Virus record (IMG/VR): IMGVR_UViG_3300027573_000779
Span: 1 to 64,000 of that record
Length of the DNA stretch: 64,000 bases
Direction: 5' to 3' (one strand)
This document shows positions 1 to 8,496 of the stretch, piece by piece. Each line of letters starts with the position of its first letter. Within the stretch, counting starts at the first letter, position 1. The position numbers and the translations under genes are program-made. The notes under the pieces were generated by a model. The model saw nothing but the letters and a program-made list of their open reading frames with translations. It did not search any database and was not told the origin of the DNA.

Positions 1-137
1 TACCTTCCCCGAATAGAACTACCTTATAGAGCGAGCCAATAAAGCCGATATAAGGGTGAATGGTAGGAGAATTTAAGCGATAACCATTCGAAATAGCACA
101 CTATCAAAAGCTGAATGACAGCCTGGAAAGACAGGCA
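1..137 (+). ncRNA. 3' end of a large structured ncRNA truncated by the window edge (ROOL-like by recalled resemblance)
   Basis: Non-coding stretch with stacked hairpins CCTTATA/TATAAGG, GAATGGT/ACCATTC and GCCTG-GAAAGA-CAGGC, followed by T/A runs. The family name is from memory and needs an Rfam check. Confidence 0.4.
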
Positions 138-178
138 TCTTTTAAACTTTTTAAAAAAAAAAAAAAGACGGTCAAATT

Positions 179-2848
179 TTATCTACTATTGTATGTAAGC
201 ATCGCTGGTGAAGAGTTTAACGTTTGATACTTGCTCCAAATTGTAATTGTATATTGCGTCTTTCTTGTAATTAAGTCAACATAACTGTATGAAGTACTAT
301 TAGCCGCTAGTGTCGCGTCTACTTCAAGAGTGGTTTTCCCTTTCACTTTAGAAACAATCCTCAAACGATAACCCTCCTCCCCTGTGGAATTGTCTGTCCA
401 ATTTATGAGCAAACCATTTCCAGTTCTTACTACTCTAAGGTTGGTCGGAGGATTTAATATAACCGTTGGCGCGTTAGTAACAGTTATTGTTGCGTCTAAA
501 CTAATCTTTACGCCACAGTTATTAGTAACTATAGCCTTGTAAACTCCCGCGTTAGTGCTATTAGCCGTGAAAGTATAGTCATCATCGCCTTGAGCAACTA
601 ACACATTATCTTTATACCATTCATAGGCTAACGGTGCGGTTCCAGTTGCACGAACGCTTAAAGTATTAGTAGTCCCAATCAACATTGTTGCAGATTGTGG
701 CTGCACCGTAATAACTGGCGCGTCACAAGGCGGAGGCGGAGGCGGAGGTTCTGAACCATCAAACACCGTGACATAAAACCACCCCTTAACATTGAAATAT
801 TTACCTTTAAAAGTTACATTGAATTCATAGGTGCCGGGATTAGTATAAGTAAAACTGCCATAAGGCACTGAAATAGACTTTAATAAACCTGTATCCAATG
901 GGTCGATAAATATCATTACCGGACCATAAGGTTCTACGCTCCCTGAAAAATCATAATTTAAAGTAAAAGGAGCAAACCCGGACTGTTGGTCTATCTTTAT
1001 ATCGATGTTCGGAGCAACCGTTGTAGAGTTTGTTTCGGCACCAAATCTGATATATTTATAGTCAGAATAAAATATCTCTTTTAAAGGAGTCTCAACTATA
1101 TGGTAACCAACAACACTTCTGTTAGTCTGTGTATTAAGATATCCGAGAGTATTGCGAGAACAATTAGTAATACTCTCAAACGTAAAATATGTCACACTTG
1201 CCACTCCTCCCAACACACCAATTATATGACTTACCCATAACTGTTGAGGAGCGCCTTCTGTAAGACAAAGCCCTATACGGGGTAACATTAACAGTGGGTT
1301 GGGGTCGGGAATAACAATAGTCTCCATTGTGAAAACACTGGGAGAAATCTCAGATTTGAAAATATTTATTCCTATTTTCTTTTGTGTAGCTCCTCCCTTG
1401 CCATCTAAAGCTGTAACTGTCACTCGGGCGACGAAATCTATAACATATTTTGGAGCAATAAAAGAAACAGAATTTAAAGTCGTTTGGAAAAAGTTATCAA
1501 TAGATGATATAACAACTCTAACAGGGTCTCCATTAGGGTCAGTTGCCGTAGCACTAATAGAAACGTTTTCTCCTGCCATTACATTTTGAGTAAATTGCAC
1601 GTTCAAAACAGGCGGATTATTCGGTTGCGGATTAAGTATAAACGGATTAATTAATGCCTTTCTAACATTAATTTTACCACCGGTTTGACTCTGTGTAGCT
1701 GGAGGGTCAGTTAAAATATCATAACTATCAGGATGTAAAATAGCATCCCGTAGTTGAGTCGCCGTTAGATTAGGATTAACTGACAAAATTAAAGCTGCAA
1801 GCCCCGCAACGTGAGGAGTAGCCATTGAAGTACCATTTAAAATTCTATATCCGTTAGTGTTTCCCAAGGACACACTATTGGTTGGCACGGTGCTTAAAAT
1901 ACCAACACCGGGGGCAGCAATATCTACATTAGCATAACCATAGTTTGAAAAGGACGCTTTTTTATTATTAATGTCAGTTGCCATAACAGTAATAACACTG
2001 TTATTTGTAGCTTCCGCTGGTGAGTAATTATTAACATCAATATTAGCAGAAGAATTTCCCGCAGCAACAATAGAAGTAACACCAGCGTCTTCTAATCTTT
2101 TAAATGCCTCAGACGTGGCACTATCTATAGCTGAACCACCGCCCCAAGAATTACTGGTCAACCGAAAATTAATTCCGCGAGTTTTCTTAAGTTCAATTAT
2201 CTTATCGTAAAGTAATATCGCGTCGCTTCGACTACCAGAACCACTTGAACCAAGAAATTTAAATCCAGCAATCTTTACCTTCCAATTAACTCCTACTACA
2301 CCAATTCCGTTGTCTCCAACCGCACCTATAGTTCCAGCGCAGTGCGTTCCATGTCCATGGTCATCAATAACTCCCTCAGTTAAAACTCCTAGCCTAGCTG
2401 TCCACCCGTGAGCACCCGTTATTGGGTCGGTCCAAACGTTTGCAACCAAATCAGGATGTTCTGTCCAAAGCCCAGTGTCTACTACAGCCACAATAATATC
2501 TTCTCCTCCTGTGCTAATATCCCAACCTAAAGGAGCTTCAATATTTGGCATCCCCCAAAGTTCGGAATAACGAGGGTCATTAGGGATTGCATCTAAAGTT
2601 ATTTCTTGGTCTGGCTCCAAGAATTCAAACTTGTCAGTTGCTAAAAGTCTTTCAATAACATCGGGATTATTAAACTCAAACCTATGAATATCAACATATT
2701 GTAAATGTTGAGATTTTCCATTATTTCCTTTAACAAGACCTTCTATCTCGTCTTTATCCTTGTTGTTTTTTAATTTACCCAACCAAACTTCGCCATTTAG
2801 ATTGAGCGCTAAAAAGAGAACTAATATACAGTTAAATACTTTTCTCAT
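179..2848 (-). CDS. Secreted S8 subtilisin-like serine protease with C-terminal Ig/PKD-like, Pro-rich linker, Ig and FN3 domains
   Basis: Signal peptide; catalytic motifs VVDTG, HGHGTHCAG, NGTSMATPHVAG; oxyanion AAGN; C-terminal PPTNLRV...WTDNS FN3 pattern. Confidence 0.93.
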   Translation of the reverse strand: MRKVFNCILVLFLALNLNGEVWLGKLKNNKDKDEIEGLVKGNNGKSQHLQYVDIHRFEFNNPDVIERLLATDKFEFLEPDQEITLDAIPNDPRYSELWGMPNIEAPLGWDISTGGEDIIVAVVDTGLWTEHPDLVANVWTDPITGAHGWTARLGVLTEGVIDDHGHGTHCAGTIGAVGDNGIGVVGVNWKVKIAGFKFLGSSGSGSRSDAILLYDKIIELKKTRGINFRLTSNSWGGGSAIDSATSEAFKRLEDAGVTSIVAAGNSSANIDVNNYSPAEATNNSVITVMATDINNKKASFSNYGYANVDIAAPGVGILSTVPTNSVSLGNTNGYRILNGTSMATPHVAGLAALILSVNPNLTATQLRDAILHPDSYDILTDPPATQSQTGGKINVRKALINPFILNPQPNNPPVLNVQFTQNVMAGENVSISATATDPNGDPVRVVISSIDNFFQTTLNSVSFIAPKYVIDFVARVTVTALDGKGGATQKKIGINIFKSEISPSVFTMETIVIPDPNPLLMLPRIGLCLTEGAPQQLWVSHIIGVLGGVASVTYFTFESITNCSRNTLGYLNTQTNRSVVGYHIVETPLKEIFYSDYKYIRFGAETNSTTVAPNIDIKIDQQSGFAPFTLNYDFSGSVEPYGPVMIFIDPLDTGLLKSISVPYGSFTYTNPGTYEFNVTFKGKYFNVKGWFYVTVFDGSEPPPPPPPCDAPVITVQPQSATMLIGTTNTLSVRATGTAPLAYEWYKDNVLVAQGDDDYTFTANSTNAGVYKAIVTNNCGVKISLDATITVTNAPTVILNPPTNLRVVRTGNGLLINWTDNSTGEEGYRLRIVSKVKGKTTLEVDATLAANSTSYSYVDLITRKTQYTITIWSKYQTLNSSPAMLTYNSR

Positions 2849-2878
2849 ACAAAGGCAATTACACCTAAGTATGAGAAA
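2841..2878 (-). promoter_or_regulatory. 10-bp perfect hairpin sequestering the protease start codon, with a GTGTAA motif in the loop
   Basis: TTTCTCATAC (2841-2850) and GTATGAGAAA (2869-2878) are a perfect inverted repeat; the stem contains ATG AGA AA; the 18-nt loop carries GTGTAA on the minus strand. Confidence 0.6.
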
Positions 2879-2904
2879 GAGTGTAAAGTTTATTTACAGA
2901 AAAT

Positions 2905-2981
2905 TGGTACTCCCGTTGGGACTTGCACCCAAATTTGTCTACTTAGAAGGTAGATGCCTCATCTATTTCGGCCACAGGAGC
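2905..2981 (-). tRNA. tRNA-Arg(UCU) with non-canonical elbow (A18, G55)
   Basis: GCTCCTG/CGGGAGT acceptor, TCTAC-CTTCTAA-GTAGA anticodon arm, TTGGG-TGCAAGT-CCCAA T arm, encoded CCA, A20. Confidence 0.92.
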
Positions 2982-3003
2982 ATTTTACTGAGGTTGGCAG
3001 TCT

Positions 3004-3951
3004 TTACTCTGATAAAGCACTAATAGTGTGTAAGCCCCTACGATTCGCGAACAAAGACCAATTCATGCCATCGGAAGAGGTTAGTACTTGTAGTGGTGCG
3101 CCCCCTGCGGCCCCATTGCGCCACCATAAAAGATTATTTACCGCACTACTACCCAATGGTTCTCCTCGTAACACAAGCCAATGTGTGCCGACTGGACACG
3201 CAACATTTGGCATAGGGAAAACTGTCTTACTCACAATAGCATTCGATAAACTAAACGTGTCCATATGAGGCATACTTGAGATAGCTACAGCAACAGATTC
3301 ACCAAGCTGAGTAACGGGATTAGTGCCGCCTAACCAAATAGACGCGTAAACCTGTCCCTGTAGACCGCCTACACTTTGAAGCGCCGCTGTGAGTTCACAT
3401 ATAGCGGTGTTGTTAGTCCACACAAAGGGCGTTGCAGCATACTTCCTTGAAGATACATCAAGCCATCGAGTATAACCAAAACCACTATTTGTTGACATGT
3501 TCATTAATACTTCATCACATGTGACTACTGGGGGAGGAGGATTTGTGACGGGTGGAAGGTCATTTGTGTAAATAATAGTGATAGTATCTGTATACTTGGT
3601 GACGCGAAGGTTGGGAGGTTCTTCGGGAAGATTCGGTGGAGGAGGAGGAAGAGGCGTATTATAAACGACTTCGTTACTGAAATCACTCTCCATATTTTCA
3701 TTATTGGCAGCAGTAGCAGTAAAGTAGTAGGTGCGACCAGCAAGAAGGCCGTCAATTGAACCTAAAAGGACATTTCCAACATTAAGTTTGTTGGTATAAA
3801 ACCCGCTAGTGCCACCGGAATATAAATAATACGAAACTACATTCGTGTCAGGGCTAGGGTCCCACGCCAAAGTAACGGTCCCCGCATAGACAGAGAGGTT
3901 AATGAGAACAAGAATTACGATTGTTTTGATGCCGAGTTTGATTTTTTTCAT
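3004..3951 (-). CDS. Secreted FN3-domain protein with Pro-rich linkers and an unknown C-terminal beta domain
   Basis: Signal peptide, VTLAWDPS...YYFTATA...ESDFSNEV FN3 pattern, PPPPPP linker. Confidence 0.8.
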   Translation of the reverse strand: MKKIKLGIKTIVILVLINLSVYAGTVTLAWDPSPDTNVVSYYLYSGGTSGFYTNKLNVGNVLLGSIDGLLAGRTYYFTATAANNENMESDFSNEVVYNTPLPPPPPNLPEEPPNLRVTKYTDTITIIYTNDLPPVTNPPPPVVTCDEVLMNMSTNSGFGYTRWLDVSSRKYAATPFVWTNNTAICELTAALQSVGGLQGQVYASIWLGGTNPVTQLGESVAVAISSMPHMDTFSLSNAIVSKTVFPMPNVACPVGTHWLVLRGEPLGSSAVNNLLWWRNGAAGGAPLQVLTSSDGMNWSLFANRRGLHTISALSE

Positions 3952-4018
3952 TTTTTTAGGTGTGTTAGTGTCTCATTTTGAGGCACAAGTGGAAAAAAAG
4001 ATTTTCATTTCTATCAGT

Positions 4019-4024
4019 TTACAC
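4019..4024 (-). promoter_or_regulatory. GTGTAA motif (putative phage late promoter) upstream of the FN3 gene
   Basis: GTGTAAACTGATAG on minus strand; the same hexamer recurs in intergenic positions at 2859, 19382, 35485, 43847 and 45005. Confidence 0.4.
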
Positions 4025-4054
4025 GAACCTTGGGTTGAATACAAGGAAAAAAGA

Positions 4055-4128
4055 TGGTGGGGCCGCTCGGTAACTCTCCGAGTTCAAAAATTTAAAAGAT
4101 TTTTGCTTCAATTTAAAGCTTCGACCCC
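4055..4128 (-). tRNA. tRNA-Lys(UUU) with fully rewired elbow (A18, U19, A54, G55, A56, U58)
   Basis: GGGGTCG/CGGCCCC acceptor, AAAAT-CTTTTAA-ATTTT anticodon arm, CTCGG-AGAGTTA-CCGAG T arm, ACCA end. Confidence 0.9.
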
Positions 4129-4132
4129 ATAA

Positions 4133-4384
4133 CTAAGTTTTTTTTATTAACCAACCAGTGTTAATAGTGTTGCTTTGAAAGCCGTTCTGCCATTTTACTG
4201 TTGCATATTCTCCATAGAGATAATGGTTGTTTTCTAATCGTAAACCTAATATTTCACCTGTTAGGTTTTTTTGGTGGATTTCTTGGTATTGTTCTTTATT
4301 AATCTGACAGCCATCATATAACTTATGCGCACCCTTGGGTTCTAACTGAACCGTATCTCCTACTTGAAGTCCTGATTTATCCAT
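4133..4384 (-). CDS. Hypothetical protein
   Basis: 83-aa ORF in gene-dense minus-strand array. Confidence 0.6.
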   Translation of the reverse strand: MDKSGLQVGDTVQLEPKGAHKLYDGCQINKEQYQEIHQKNLTGEILGLRLENNHYLYGEYATVKWQNGFQSNTINTGWLIKKT

Positions 4385-4618
4385 GATTTTATTTTGTAAG
4401 CGTAAATTTTAAAAAATTTATTAAAATCAATGGTTCCTCTAGGTTAGATACTCTGTTTAAAAATCTACTTGGCTCTAAGGTTAGTTGGAGGTAACGGTAT
4501 ACTGGGTATGCGAACAGTGGCATACGGACTCTTGCCTTGTAAACGTTATACTCAGCTTCCATTCGTCACTCTTTAAATGATGGGGTTCTAGCCCAACATC
4601 TTTAATAGTTTGAAATTC

Positions 4619-5722
4619 TTAATTCTTCAAAACCTGATACAATAATTTCTTTCTATCTTCTGAATCTAAACCCTTACCGTCCAACAGTTTAAACACAAAA
4701 GAAGCGCGATTTGTATTTCCGTATGCTTTAATAACTTCAAGCGCCTGTTCTTTTCGAGTTGGTAAATGCGCCAAACGACTGGTCACAAAAGTATTCATGC
4801 CTTGAATAATCTTTGCAACCTCTTTTGAACCGTCACAAATCCGCGATGCATCCCCTCTACATTGATTCCATAGCTCCCAATCAAATTGAGAAGTAATATT
4901 AGCTTCAAAGGTTCGATATTCAGGTTCACCTTGCGCAAACCACACATCCACAACTTTATCGAAAGAAGACAAAGCTTCCTTCATTCTGTGCAAGCTCAAA
5001 TACCACAAGGACTTACATTTATGGATTGCTTGACCGTCTTTAGAATAAACACAAACGCCCTCTTTGCCTTTCCATGTCTCGACATCAGTCATTAAAGCTT
5101 CAACTGAAGAAAATTGATAAGTAGAAGGTCGCTTAAATTCTAATGCTTTCGCAACTTCATCGAGTCTTTCCTGAGACCATAAAGTATAATCTAAATGTTC
5201 AACAACTCCAACCAAAATCCAATCGGGCTGTTCACCATAATTTAGAATGATTTTACGAGTAGGGGACACCCATTCAAAGAGCCAAGACTTTTTGCCCCAA
5301 TCTTTAATTGAATTATAAATCAAGTCAATTTTGTATAAAAGGGCTTGTTTAAAAACTTCAATCTCGTGCGCATTTTCTAAATCTTCAACATTTGAAGTGC
5401 CCCGAGTCCGAATGATATGTTTGCCTTTATACTTGGAAACAATCAACAGTGAGCCGTCTACTTTCTCAACGATAGTGGTCTTGTTAAGAGATTTTGGCAC
5501 TGGAAAGTGTTCTAGATTCTCGCCCCAATTCACAAATTTAGGAAAACCTGCCGAAACTAATTCTCCATCGTTATTCCAAAGGCTAGACCGCAATATCTTG
5601 TTATCTTGAGTCCACTTACATCCAATATGTTGGGGTTGGATTAACCACAATTGTTCCCCATCCAAAACATGCTGGTGAATCATGAATTGGGCGCGGTCAA
5701 TTAAATCTAAGTCAATTTTCAA
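4619..5722 (-). CDS. T4 Rnl1-like RNA ligase (nucleotidyltransferase)
   Basis: Motif I EKVDGSL, RTRG, LFEW, EGVCV, KCKS. Confidence 0.82.
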   Translation of the reverse strand: MKIDLDLIDRAQFMIHQHVLDGEQLWLIQPQHIGCKWTQDNKILRSSLWNNDGELVSAGFPKFVNWGENLEHFPVPKSLNKTTIVEKVDGSLLIVSKYKGKHIIRTRGTSNVEDLENAHEIEVFKQALLYKIDLIYNSIKDWGKKSWLFEWVSPTRKIILNYGEQPDWILVGVVEHLDYTLWSQERLDEVAKALEFKRPSTYQFSSVEALMTDVETWKGKEGVCVYSKDGQAIHKCKSLWYLSLHRMKEALSSFDKVVDVWFAQGEPEYRTFEANITSQFDWELWNQCRGDASRICDGSKEVAKIIQGMNTFVTSRLAHLPTRKEQALEVIKAYGNTNRASFVFKLLDGKGLDSEDRKKLLYQVLKN

Positions 5723-5732
5723 TCTGGTTGCT

Positions 5733-5760
5733 ATTATAGCAAGACTTTTTAGAATGTCAA
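5733..5760 (-). promoter_or_regulatory. Sigma70-type promoter TTGACA-N16-TATAAT (extended -10)
   Basis: TTGACAttctaaaaagtcttgcTATAAT upstream of the RNA ligase. Confidence 0.7.
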
Positions 5761-5937
5761 ACGATTGGTCTCCAAAACACTTTTAAAATAGTTTGTTTTT
5801 ACCCCAAGCACCCATTCTTTGTAGTGTTTTTCTATCTCAGGAATTTCCTTAGGGGGACGTTGGGGCCAGCGAGCTTCAAAAGATGGATTTTGAACAAACA
5901 AAAAGGAAATTAACAATCCGGCACCTAAAAAATTCAT
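5749..5937 (-). CDS. Small hypothetical protein with N-terminal hydrophobic segment
   Basis: ORF track; abuts neighbours. Confidence 0.5.
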   Translation of the reverse strand: MNFLGAGLLISFLFVQNPSFEARWPQRPPKEIPEIEKHYKEWVLGVKTNYFKSVLETNRLTF

Positions 5938-6149
5938 AAACAGTCTGATTTAAGATAACCGGCCTCTTCTAGTCTGAGTTTAAGAAAATAAGGCAAACTT
6001 AGACTAAGATACCCATCTTCTTGCATATTATGCCACTCTAAAAGTATTTCATTAATTTTTCTTGTGATTGCGTCCCACGTTTGAGGGTTTTCCATAACTT
6101 TAGTTACACTAAATTCTCCCCTCAATCTCCACGCGGAGCGAGGGGTCAC
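5934..6149 (-). CDS. Hypothetical protein
   Basis: ORF track; 4-nt overlap with next gene. Confidence 0.5.
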   Translation of the reverse strand: MTPRSAWRLRGEFSVTKVMENPQTWDAITRKINEILLEWHNMQEDGYLSLSLPYFLKLRLEEAGYLKSDCL

Positions 6150-6271
6150 GCCACCCGTTCAATTAGAATACATTGACTTTTGGACAAGAACAGATGTCGT
6201 AAATTGGAGACAGAGCCTACAGCTAAGTAGGCAAAACATCTCATGAGAACGTCTCTTCTCTGTCAATGATA

Positions 6272-6742
6272 CTAACTACCTACTCTCTCATTCGTCCCAT
6301 CCCAAACAAACTCTCCATCTTCGCCGACAAGTAGATGTTTGCCACACCCACAACAATAAGTCAGTCCATAGAACTTTGGATTTCTACTATAAGTTTCGGC
6401 TATGGCTTGACCCATATAAGTTATCGCCCCACAGCCTTTGCCTATTTTATTTAACTCTTCCTGTGTCCAGAACTTACCTAGGGCGGCAGTATTCGGCGGA
6501 TACTCCTCATACTTAGCATAACCAAACTCATCATATAACTCATGCTCCTTAGCAGTAAGGTCGCGTAAGGGATACTTCGGGCCAGCGATGCCTACGTGTT
6601 TGTAGCTCGTCCTGACTGGTCGCACGAACCCTTTAGCCTTCTCTTCTTCAGAGAGTACTAAATATACCTCGCACGGAGGAACGGATTGTTTATCTTCTCC
6701 ACCGCGACAAATGCGCGGGTCATTAGGGTCTGTAGTTAGCAT
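6272..6742 (-). CDS. Conserved-type phage hypothetical protein with Cys cluster (putative Zn-binding)
   Basis: HVG...CG...TYCCGCGKHL Cys motifs. Confidence 0.65.
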   Translation of the reverse strand: MLTTDPNDPRICRGGEDKQSVPPCEVYLVLSEEEKAKGFVRPVRTSYKHVGIAGPKYPLRDLTAKEHELYDEFGYAKYEEYPPNTAALGKFWTQEELNKIGKGCGAITYMGQAIAETYSRNPKFYGLTYCCGCGKHLLVGEDGEFVWDGTNERVGS

Positions 6743-6800
6743 AATTTAAAACTTTGTTTTCCTTTATGTATGGATTTTTGTTGCTGTTGGCACCTTTAAA

Positions 6801-6894
6801 TTGCGGCTACTGCATGGAATTCCACCCACGCCGGATGTTACTCACGGTCCAATTTTCAAGACTGGTGCGACAATGTATCATTCGCCTAGTAGCC
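6801..6894 (-). tRNA. tRNA-Ser(UGA)-like gene with aberrant D/T arms and 3' GCAA instead of GCCA
   Basis: GGCTACT/AGTAGCC acceptor, CCAGT-CTTGAAA-ATTGG anticodon arm, long variable arm, G73; T loop TG-GAAT. Confidence 0.7.
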
Positions 6895-6917
6895 AAAAGG
6901 GGTATGAGAAATGGATT

Positions 6918-7607
6918 TTAGACAGACGCTGGAATCAATTGTGACTTTGCTGATTTTTGTCTATAATAAAACTCGCGACGGAATTGCCGTTGTTTTTCCA
7001 TCCACTGCGGGTTGGAGCTTAGTCTATGATACTTAGCATATCTTCTGCATTGTGTTCGGCAAAATCTCTTACGTCTATCAGACGAACTAAATGGCCTCTC
7101 ACACCAATCGCAATGCCGATAATCTGCAACAGCCGTCCGCACAGTCTTTCTTCGCCTTTGAACGTTTGCAACGCGATACAACCGCTTACATTCGTTGCTG
7201 CAAGTTTTCCGCCGATGCCCGCCGCCCGCCGATGAGAACTCAAATATCTCATGACAGATAAGACATTCCCGCATCAAAGTCTTGTGTGGTTTAGCGCGTG
7301 GAAAAGGCTTTACTATTCTCTTTAATGCAGCAGAGTAAAGCGTATTAACCTGCTTCCACTTTTCGGGGTCTCCACCGTTAGCTTCATGATACCGCGTGGC
7401 TAAGACTTTCCATCGCCGCTTAACCAAATCCAGTAAGGTTTGTTCTTCGCCGGTCCAAGCGCCCAAAATATGTCTTACGCCGGGACGATATCGCATCTCA
7501 GCATCGCTAATACCTAAAGCGTGAAGTCTCCAGCGCAGGCCGCGTGCTCGCTGACCACTCCAGTTGCGCTTGGTGGGCGGCGCTTGAGTTATGATTAACT
7601 CAGACAT
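6918..7607 (-). CDS. Degenerate J-domain-like segment plus two CxxC...CxxxC zinc-finger repeats
   Basis: RWKVLATRYHEANGGDPEKWKQVN resembles J-domain helices II-III with HPD changed to HEA; CLICHE/CSNEC and CDWCE/CRTQC. Confidence 0.55.
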   Translation of the reverse strand: MSELIITQAPPTKRNWSGQRARGLRWRLHALGISDAEMRYRPGVRHILGAWTGEEQTLLDLVKRRWKVLATRYHEANGGDPEKWKQVNTLYSAALKRIVKPFPRAKPHKTLMRECLICHEIFEFSSAGGGHRRKTCSNECKRLYRVANVQRRRKTVRTAVADYRHCDWCERPFSSSDRRKRFCRTQCRRYAKYHRLSSNPQWMEKQRQFRREFYYRQKSAKSQLIPASV

Positions 7608-7990
7608 TACTTTCTTTTAAGAGATTCGGCTTCTGCGTGAACTTTTGTATCATTAGAATCAACTAAAAGGGTTGGAGCGTCTTTAAATTTTTTTCGATAG
7701 GCGGCACAGTTTAAAAAACCTTCATATTCTGCTCTAGTACTTCTTTCGTCGTCCCAATAAGGTATTAGTGTCCAATAAGGCTCAAACCCCATATGATACC
7801 AATACATAGGAATAATTTTAAACCAATACCGACGAATACAATACTGGTCGCCTTTTCTAAGGAGTTGAATGTTTGATGTCATTCTTTCACCAATGTAATA
7901 AAACACAGCAATTAAAAACACACTTACAAATACAGTCATTACAACAAAAAACACAAGTAATACGGGTAAAATTTGAATCATTTCGCACAT
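7607..7990 (-). CDS. Hypothetical membrane protein
   Basis: N-terminal TM helix. Confidence 0.55.
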   Translation of the reverse strand: MCEMIQILPVLLVFFVVMTVFVSVFLIAVFYYIGERMTSNIQLLRKGDQYCIRRYWFKIIPMYWYHMGFEPYWTLIPYWDDERSTRAEYEGFLNCAAYRKKFKDAPTLLVDSNDTKVHAEAESLKRK

Positions 7991-8181
7991 CCAAGAACGC
8001 TCGTAGCTTTAGGTAAAAACTTGTCTTGGATAAAATTTAAAATTTCAACGCCCTGCTCCCAAGTTATAGCGCAGGGCTTTCTTGGCACGATTCGGTCAAG
8101 TCCAGTAATTAGCTCCCGCAACTCCTTAACTTCCGCCTGAAGTTGTTCTATCTTCTCGTAAAGGTCATTTGTATCTGTCAT
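7978..8181 (-). CDS. Small hypothetical coiled-coil protein
   Basis: ORF track; heptad-like N-terminus. Confidence 0.5.
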   Translation of the reverse strand: MTDTNDLYEKIEQLQAEVKELRELITGLDRIVPRKPCAITWEQGVEILNFIQDKFLPKATSVLGCAK

Positions 8182-8186
8182 GTTGT

Positions 8187-8411
8187 TTATATAGGATTCA
8201 ACTTCTGCCTAACTTTTTCTTTTTTCTTTTCTTCTTTGTCTAGAGAAAGGAATTTAAACTTTGAATACCTATTTGTAATCAAAGAACCTAAAGTATTATA
8301 AAACTCTTTGGCACACTTTCGAGAACAAAGCCCACGGTTGTCTTCCTGCCCCTTTTTTGTCTGAAATCTTAATGGAACCTTTTTGGTGCAACCTAAATTC
8401 ATGCATTTCAT
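8187..8411 (-). CDS. Small Cys-rich hypothetical protein
   Basis: CMNLGC...CSRKC. Confidence 0.5.
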   Translation of the reverse strand: MKCMNLGCTKKVPLRFQTKKGQEDNRGLCSRKCAKEFYNTLGSLITNRYSKFKFLSLDKEEKKKEKVRQKLNPI

Positions 8412-8418
8412 TAAAAAT

Positions 8419-8496
8419 TGGCGTTCGTGGTCGAACTCTCATCGACTAGGCGTAGGGTGAAAACCTACCTGCTCGAAATACTTTGCATTCACGAAC
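8419..8496 (-). tRNA. tRNA-Glu(UUC) with A18, U19, G55, A56
   Basis: GTTCGTG/CACGAAC acceptor, GTAGG-TTTTCAC-CCTAC anticodon arm, GTCGA-TGAGAGT-TCGAC T arm, GCCA end. Confidence 0.9.

Noticed and set aside
164-178. Poly-A tract near the window start as a biological signal
   Set aside because: A homopolymer is prone to sequencing error; at most part of a terminator between convergent units.
4486-4561. tRNA-like fold on the plus strand (GGAGGT/GCTTCC, GTATGC/GCATAC)
   Set aside because: No D or T consensus and no anticodon loop; antisense to the local transcription.
4481-4621. Read-through extension of the RNA ligase (45 open codons after TAA)
   Set aside because: TAA read-through is unlikely, there is no supporting signal, and the length is compatible with chance.
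6171-6268. Hammerhead ribozyme (CTCATGAG)
   Set aside because: The core should be CTGATGA, and the GAAA strand is missing.
6801-6894. tRNA-Sec
   Set aside because: The anticodon is UGA (Ser), not UCA, and an 8-bp acceptor stem would need an A-C mismatch.
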